Source: Acidobacteriota bacterium (lineage in GTDB: Bacteria; Acidobacteriota; Thermoanaerobaculia; UBA5066). From it: a stretch of 63,376 nucleotides of DNA. Positions 61,585-63,376 of this stretch are shown here, piece after piece (position 1 is the stretch's first letter; every line of letters begins with the position of its first letter). A model generated the notes under the pieces. That model saw nothing but the letters and a program-made list of their open reading frames with translations, did no database searches and was not told where the DNA came from. The translations under genes were made by a program, and so were the position numbers. The stretch spans positions 1-63,376 of the forward strand of contig JBDTML010000163.1 of NCBI GenBank assembly GCA_039934255.1. The letters are read 5' to 3'.

Positions 61585-63376
61585 GTGAGCGCGCGCTCCT
61601 CGGGCCTCTCGCGAGACGGGCAGTTCGTCCTCCTGATCTTCCTCGCGGCCCTGGCCTTGCGCCTCGCGTCCTTCCCCGACGCCACGGCCAGAGGATGGCG
61701 GCTCCTGTCGCCGGACTGCTACGGCCACCTCCGGCGCACGGTCTCGGTCGCCCGCAATTTCCCGCGCGTTCCCGTCCGCGATGCGTACCTCAACCATCCC
61801 GACGGCGGCGTCTTCATCTGGCCGCCCGCGTTCGACCTCCTCGCGGGCGGCATTTCGCGCACCCTTTACGGGCGCGCGGCGACGACGGAGCAGGTCCTGA
61901 GGGTCGCGGCCCTCCTCCCCGCATTCCTCGGCGCGCTCCACGTCCTCCCTCTCTTTGCGGTTGCCCGCCGGGTCCTGGGCCGCCGTCGCGCCCGGATCGC
62001 CGTCGTTGCCTACGCCGCGATTCCGGCCGCCGTCCTCTGGGGAGGTTTCGGGCACTTCGACCATCACGTGGCCGAGGCGCTCAACCTGCTCCTCGTTCTC
62101 GCGGCGGGCGCGTGGACCGTTTCCGCGCAGGGGGAAGCTCGATTCGCGCGCGCCGCCGTTTTCGGCGCCGCGATCGCCCTCGCCGTCCTCACGTGGCAGG
62201 GGGCCGTTTTCGTGGCAGGCCTCGCATTCCTCTGGGCGGCGTTCGCGGTCGGCGAAGCCGCGGCTGTGACGGCGCTCGTCGCGACGACCCTCGTCGCCCT
62301 CGCCACGTTGTTCGTCCTTCCTGCCGCGCCCGTCCCCTTTTCGTTCGTCTCCTTCGGCTGGTTCCAGACGCTGCTCCTCGCCGGTGCAAGCGTGCCGATC
62401 CTCGCGCTCGCCGCGTGGCGGGCCGAGAAACCGCGACGCCGGCTCATTTGGGGGGTGCTCGCGGCCGCGGGCCTGGCCGTCGCCCTGCCGAACGCCCACC
62501 GTGTCCTCGCCGCCGCTTTCCACGGAGGCGCTTACGTCTTCAAGGAGGGTGCGGGGGCGAGCGGGCCCGATTTCGCGGACGGAGGTTTTCTCTCTTATCC
62601 GCAGGAGTTCCTGCGCCTCGTCGCCGAGTGCCAGCCTCTCGTCAGCAGCTGGAAATCGCTCGAACGTGCCCTCCGCGAGCTTTCGCCGGGTTTCCTCCTC
62701 GTGCCCCTCGCGGCCGTTCTCTGGGTGACGATCGCGCTCCGTCAGCCGCGCCTGCCACGCTCGCTCGGCCGGATCCTCCTCGCGCTCTTCGCCGCCGCGG
62801 TGTTCGCGATGGCCCTCTTTCAGCAGCGCAACGTGTACTACCTCGCGATCTTCAGCGCCCTCGCGCTCGCCGAGGCTTGCGCGCGCGTGGCCCCCCGCCC
62901 GCGCGGCTTTCCGAGGACGGCTTTCGTGTACCTGCTTGCCGCCGGTCTCGTGATCGTGCCGGGCTGGCCCTATCTTCAGAGAGCCCGCGCCTTCGCAAGC
63001 GGACCCGGTTATGACGTTCTCGAGCTCTTCACGAGGCTGCGCGCCCTCGACCCGCCTCCCGTGGATCCGGCGGCCGTCCCGCAACAGGCTCCGGGAACGA
63101 TTCCCGGCGTGATGCCGCCGTGGTCCGCGGGTCACTTCGTCACCGCGCTCGCGGAGCGGCCGGCCGCGGCGGACCCGTTCGTCTACGGATGGCGCCGGCA
63201 ATGCCGGCTGTTCACGGCGACCGACGATGCCGAGGCGTTCGCGATTTTGAAGGCCGCGAAGTGCCGGTATCTCGTCACGACGGAGCTCACGTCGCTCCTG
63301 GCCGCCTACGCGGCCGCCGCGGGCCGCGCGCCTGCGCCCACGAGCGCGATGTTCGCGCGGCGCGTGCACGAGTCCG
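61585..63376 (+). CDS. STT3/AglB-like oligosaccharyltransferase homologue, 3' end outside the window (ORF not listed in the track because it has no stop here)
   Basis: I translated frame 1 by hand from GTG 61585 and found no stop through 63376 (597 codons). The recognisable blocks are LLSPDCYGHLRRT (first DxD-type motif), HFDHHVAEALN, LRLVAECQPL (SVSE/TIXE-type motif) and MPPWSAGHFVTALAERPAAADPF (at the position of WWDYG). There are many TMs. Confidence 0.7.
   Translation, partial: MSARSSGLSRDGQFVLLIFLAALALRLASFPDATARGWRLLSPDCYGHLRRTVSVARNFPRVPVRDAYLNHPDGGVFIWPPAFDLLAGGISRTLYGRAATTEQVLRVAALLPAFLGALHVLPLFAVARRVLGRRRARIAVVAYAAIPAAVLWGGFGHFDHHVAEALNLLLVLAAGAWTVSAQGEARFARAAVFGAAIALAVLTWQGAVFVAGLAFLWAAFAVGEAAAVTALVATTLVALATLFVLPAAPVPFSFVSFGWFQTLLLAGASVPILALAAWRAEKPRRRLIWGVLAAAGLAVALPNAHRVLAAAFHGGAYVFKEGAGASGPDFADGGFLSYPQEFLRLVAECQPLVSSWKSLERALRELSPGFLLVPLAAVLWVTIALRQPRLPRSLGRILLALFAAAVFAMALFQQRNVYYLAIFSALALAEACARVAPRPRGFPRTAFVYLLAAGLVIVPGWPYLQRARAFASGPGYDVLELFTRLRALDPPPVDPAAVPQQAPGTIPGVMPPWSAGHFVTALAERPAAADPFVYGWRRQCRLFTATDDAEAFAILKAAKCRYLVTTELTSLLAAYAAAAGRAPAPTSAMFARRVHES

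Noticed and set aside
61513-63369. 618-aa minus-strand ORF and 520-aa plus-strand ORF (61452..63014) over the STT3-like gene
   Set aside because: Both translate to Arg/Glu/Gly-rich junk. The unlisted frame starting at 61585 gives a coherent polytopic membrane protein with ordered STT3-type motifs.

Overview
This is a very GC-rich window (about 70% by eye) from a compact bacterial chromosome. About 58 protein genes are tightly packed. Many use GTG or TTG starts, and many neighbours share 4-nt start/stop overlaps (ATGA or GTGA). I found no rRNA, tRNA, CRISPR array, transposase or integrase. The long Arg/Gly/Pro-rich ORFs in the six-frame track are mostly antisense or off-frame shadows typical of high-GC DNA. 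The secreted CarboxypepD_reg/TonB-dependent-receptor-like protein, the GspG-like pilins and the overall style weakly suggest Acidobacteriota or a similar phylum; this is inference only.

Content from left to right:
- A type IV pilus/pseudopilin block: pilT 3' end, sensor kinase, an unusually long prepilin peptidase, a YfhO-like membrane protein and two tandem pilins.
- PGM1-like ATP-grasp protein, malQ, glnK-amt, a GNAT, a Ser/Thr kinase and a TonB-dependent-receptor-like outer-membrane protein.
- RluA plus two paralogous secreted proteins, an MFS transporter, an SDR, a VIT1 transporter and korAB.
- A long minus-strand gene string: esterase, pip, ridA, psd, amino-acid ABC transporter, amidase, MamK-like actin, SPOR protein.
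- An MscS-cNMP channel and an ECF sigma module.
- FtsX-like permease, saccharopine-dehydrogenase-like protein and CobW-like GTPase.
- speA, a class A beta-lactamase, an LRR protein, yqgE, a DedA-rhodanese fusion, OsmC, an M23 peptidase, a penicillin acylase and an M20 peptidase.
- A glycosylation locus: two more YfhO-like proteins, a GT2-methyltransferase fusion, an ArnT/PMT-like protein and a divergent STT3/AglB-like oligosaccharyltransferase.

Most interesting observations:
1. An in-frame TGA sits in the rhodanese active-site loop with a SECIS-like hairpin downstream, making it a candidate selenoprotein.
2. A MamK-family actin is sandwiched between an Amidase_3 gene and a bitopic SPOR protein.
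3. A locus rich in GT-C-type enzymes includes an STT3-like enzyme with WSAGH in place of WWDYG.
4. The pilin-YfhO synteny suggests pilin glycosylation.
5. A family of short AT-rich, rare-codon repeats, often in inverted pairs, lies inside ORFs at domain junctions and in intergenic spacers.

All homology statements rest on motif recognition from memory. No database search was run.
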